Below are positions 25,816 to 27,839 of a stretch of DNA of 27,839 bases, piece after piece (the first letter of the stretch is position 1; each line of letters starts with the position of its first letter). Where the stretch lies: positions 1 to 27,839 of the forward strand of contig JBHIAT010000029.1 of NCBI GenBank assembly GCA_046758705.1, given 5' to 3'. The position numbers were made by a program, and so were the translations under genes. The notes under the pieces are model-generated. The model worked only from the letters and a program-made list of their open reading frames with translations. It searched no databases and was not told the origin of the DNA. Source of the stretch: Candidatus Bipolaricaulia bacterium. GTDB taxonomy: Bacteria; Bipolaricaulota; Bipolaricaulia; JBHIAT01.

Positions 25816-26925
25816 ATGCAAGAACTCATCGTGACCCGGTGGCTGCGTTGGACCATCGCCCTTGTGGTCCTGGTGCTTCTGGTTTGGTTTGTATATGCGA
25901 TCCGGTCGATCCTGACCTCGCTCCTGCTCGCGTTCATCATCGCCTACGTCTTCAGCCCATTCGTTGACTTTCTGGAGAGACATCGGGTCAAACGCGGCTG
26001 GGGGACGTTGATCGTGATCCTCTCGCTGGGATCCCTCCTCGCCCTATTCATCCTGTTCGCCGCCCCACCGCTGGCCCGTGAGTTCGCCGAGGTGGGCGAG
26101 CGACTCCCGAATTACCGGGAGATCTTCAACGAGCGGCTTTTCCCCTTTCTGGAGGAGCGGTTTGATATCAATCTGGAGGAACGGTTCACCGGATTGCTCG
26201 AATCCCTGGAAGAGAACCGGGAGTTGCTGCAGGATATCGGCTCCCGGGTCCTGGGTCCGCTATTCAGGTTTGTCAGGAGTGGGATCTCCGGCCTCGTCTC
26301 GTCGATCATCATCCTGGTCAACCTGATGTTGGTACCGGTGATGGCCGTCTACCTGCTCAAGGATATGAACCGGGTGAGGCGCTGGGCAGTGGATTCCCTA
26401 CCTCAAGGGAATCGGAGTCAATGGAAGGCCAAGCTCAGGGAGATCGACGAGCTATTGGGAGGCTATCTGAGGGGTCAGCTGCTCGTCGCCCTCATCTTGG
26501 GTGTCCTGTACACCATCGGGCTGTCGATCCTGCGGGTGCCGCTGGCGCCGTTCGTCGGGTTCGTGGCCGGGCTGGCCAACATGATCCCCTTCTTCGGGTT
26601 GCTGGTCGGCATCGTTCCGGCATCCCTGCTCGCCTACTTGGAGCACGGCACCTGGCAGCCTATCGTCGGTGTCCTCGGCGTGTTTACGATCCCCCAGCTT
26701 CTGGAGAACTGGCTGATCACCCCTCGGATCGTTGGGAAGCGGGTGGAGTTACATCCGGTGGCCATCATCCTGGCGATCGTCATCTGGGGGTTTTTCTTCG
26801 GGTTCTTCGGGATGCTGATCGCTGTCCCGCTGACGGCTGCGGGCAACGTGCTGTTCAAGAGCCTGATGGAAAGATATAAGGAGTCGGAGTTCTATCGATC
26901 GGAATCGGCCGGAGCGGGACGGTAG
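25816..26925 (+). CDS. AI-2E (PerM/UPF0118) family transporter
   Basis: AYVFSPFV, GYLRGQLL, NMIPFFG, ENWLITPRIVG..LHP..GFFGMLIAVP. SD GAGGTG. Confidence 0.92.
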   Translation: MQELIVTRWLRWTIALVVLVLLVWFVYAIRSILTSLLLAFIIAYVFSPFVDFLERHRVKRGWGTLIVILSLGSLLALFILFAAPPLAREFAEVGERLPNYREIFNERLFPFLEERFDINLEERFTGLLESLEENRELLQDIGSRVLGPLFRFVRSGISGLVSSIIILVNLMLVPVMAVYLLKDMNRVRRWAVDSLPQGNRSQWKAKLREIDELLGGYLRGQLLVALILGVLYTIGLSILRVPLAPFVGFVAGLANMIPFFGLLVGIVPASLLAYLEHGTWQPIVGVLGVFTIPQLLENWLITPRIVGKRVELHPVAIILAIVIWGFFFGFFGMLIAVPLTAAGNVLFKSLMERYKESEFYRSESAGAGR

Positions 26926-26964
26926 GTGGATGAGGCCCCATGTATCTGTTATATTTAGATCGGC

Positions 26965-27804
26965 ATGACGGCGTTGCTGAAGGAGCTTGGGAAGCGAACC
27001 TTGATCATGGGGATCTTGAACGTCACCCCCGATTCGTTCTACGACGGAGGTCGCTACAATCAGGTTGAGGTCGCTGTCCGCCATGCGTTGGAGATGGTTG
27101 AGGCCGGGGCTGATCTCATCGATGTCGGCGGGGAGTCGGCGCGACCCGGATCCGACCCAATCCCCGCCGACGAAGAGTTCCGGCGGGTGCTCCCGGTCAT
27201 CCGAGCGATTCGGGAGCAGAGCGACGTCCCGATCTCGATTGACAGTTACAAAGCGGAGGTCGCGGAAGCGGCGCTCGCTGCCGGGGCCGATTGGGTGAAC
27301 GACATCGGTGCCCTGCGGCTCGACGAGCGGATGGTTGAGGTGGTCGCCGAAAGACAGATCCCGGTCGTACTCATGCACATGCAGAGCGTCCCGAAAACGA
27401 TGCAACAACACCCGACCTACGACGATGTGGTCGATGATATCATCCGGTTCTTCAAAGAGCGGATCGCGTTCGCGATCGCCGCCGGGATCTTTGAAACACA
27501 TATCATCATCGACCCCGGAATCGGGTTCGGCAAGACGGTCACCCACAACATCGAGATCTTACACCGGCTCGATGAGTTCAGGTCGCTCGGCCGGCCGATC
27601 CTGATCGGCACCTCCCGAAAATCGTTTCTGGAAGCGATCTCCGACCTGCCCATCACGGAGCGGTTGGCGGGGACGATCGCCAGCAACGCGATCGCGATCA
27701 TGAACGGGGCCGATATCATCCGGGTCCACGATGTCAAAGAGATGAAACGGGCGGTGGAGATCGTGGATGCGGTGAAATACGGGTGTCAACGACCTGTCCC
27801 GTAA
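26965..27804 (+). CDS. folP: Dihydropteroate synthase
   Basis: MGILNVTPDSFYDGG, DVGGESARPG, SIDSYK, VNDI, LMHM, DPGIGFGK, GTSRKS, IRVHDV. Confidence 0.97.
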   Translation: MTALLKELGKRTLIMGILNVTPDSFYDGGRYNQVEVAVRHALEMVEAGADLIDVGGESARPGSDPIPADEEFRRVLPVIRAIREQSDVPISIDSYKAEVAEAALAAGADWVNDIGALRLDERMVEVVAERQIPVVLMHMQSVPKTMQQHPTYDDVVDDIIRFFKERIAFAIAAGIFETHIIIDPGIGFGKTVTHNIEILHRLDEFRSLGRPILIGTSRKSFLEAISDLPITERLAGTIASNAIAIMNGADIIRVHDVKEMKRAVEIVDAVKYGCQRPVP

Positions 27805-27839
27805 ACAGGACAGGCTTGCCAAAGGGCTAAGGCAACGCA

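Noticed and set aside
27805-27839. TTGCC/GGCAA inverted repeat after folP
   Set aside because: A 5-bp stem at the window edge cannot be evaluated.

Overview
This is a GC-rich bacterial chromosomal segment made up mostly of housekeeping and translation genes. In order: the 3' end of fabF, pheT-pheS, a TolB-like beta-propeller, an Xaa-Pro peptidase, a stand-alone infA, maeB, an archaeal-type metG, rplU-prp-rpmA-obgE, infC (ATC start)-rpmI-rplT, glyQ-glyS, nfeD, tmRNA, a VanZ-family gene, RNase P RNA, TPM and C4 zinc-ribbon proteins, a hypothetical protein, an AI-2E transporter and folP. Two things stand out most. (1) The glyQ/glyS pair is intact but carries substitutions at many normally invariant active-site positions (including E156A, Q138R and T158N in the glycine pocket) and lacks about 60 aa of the beta chain, suggesting a repurposed or decaying GlyRS paralog. 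(2) A CHASE2 adenylate cyclase is coupled to two tandem, AT-rich HD phosphohydrolase genes and sits behind a structured leader containing a uORF. Also seen: a recurring near-leaderless promoter layout, a divergent promoter pair sharing one -35 palindrome, strong CGATCG enrichment, RNase P RNA overlapping the upstream CDS, and a possible membrane-anchored tandem Sm-like protein. The Prp/L27 extension, archaeal-type MetG and Thermotoga-like tmRNA tag point to a deep-branching lineage (possibly Bipolaricaulota); this is inference only. No mobile element or CRISPR array was found. All comparisons to family consensus are from recalled knowledge, not database searches.
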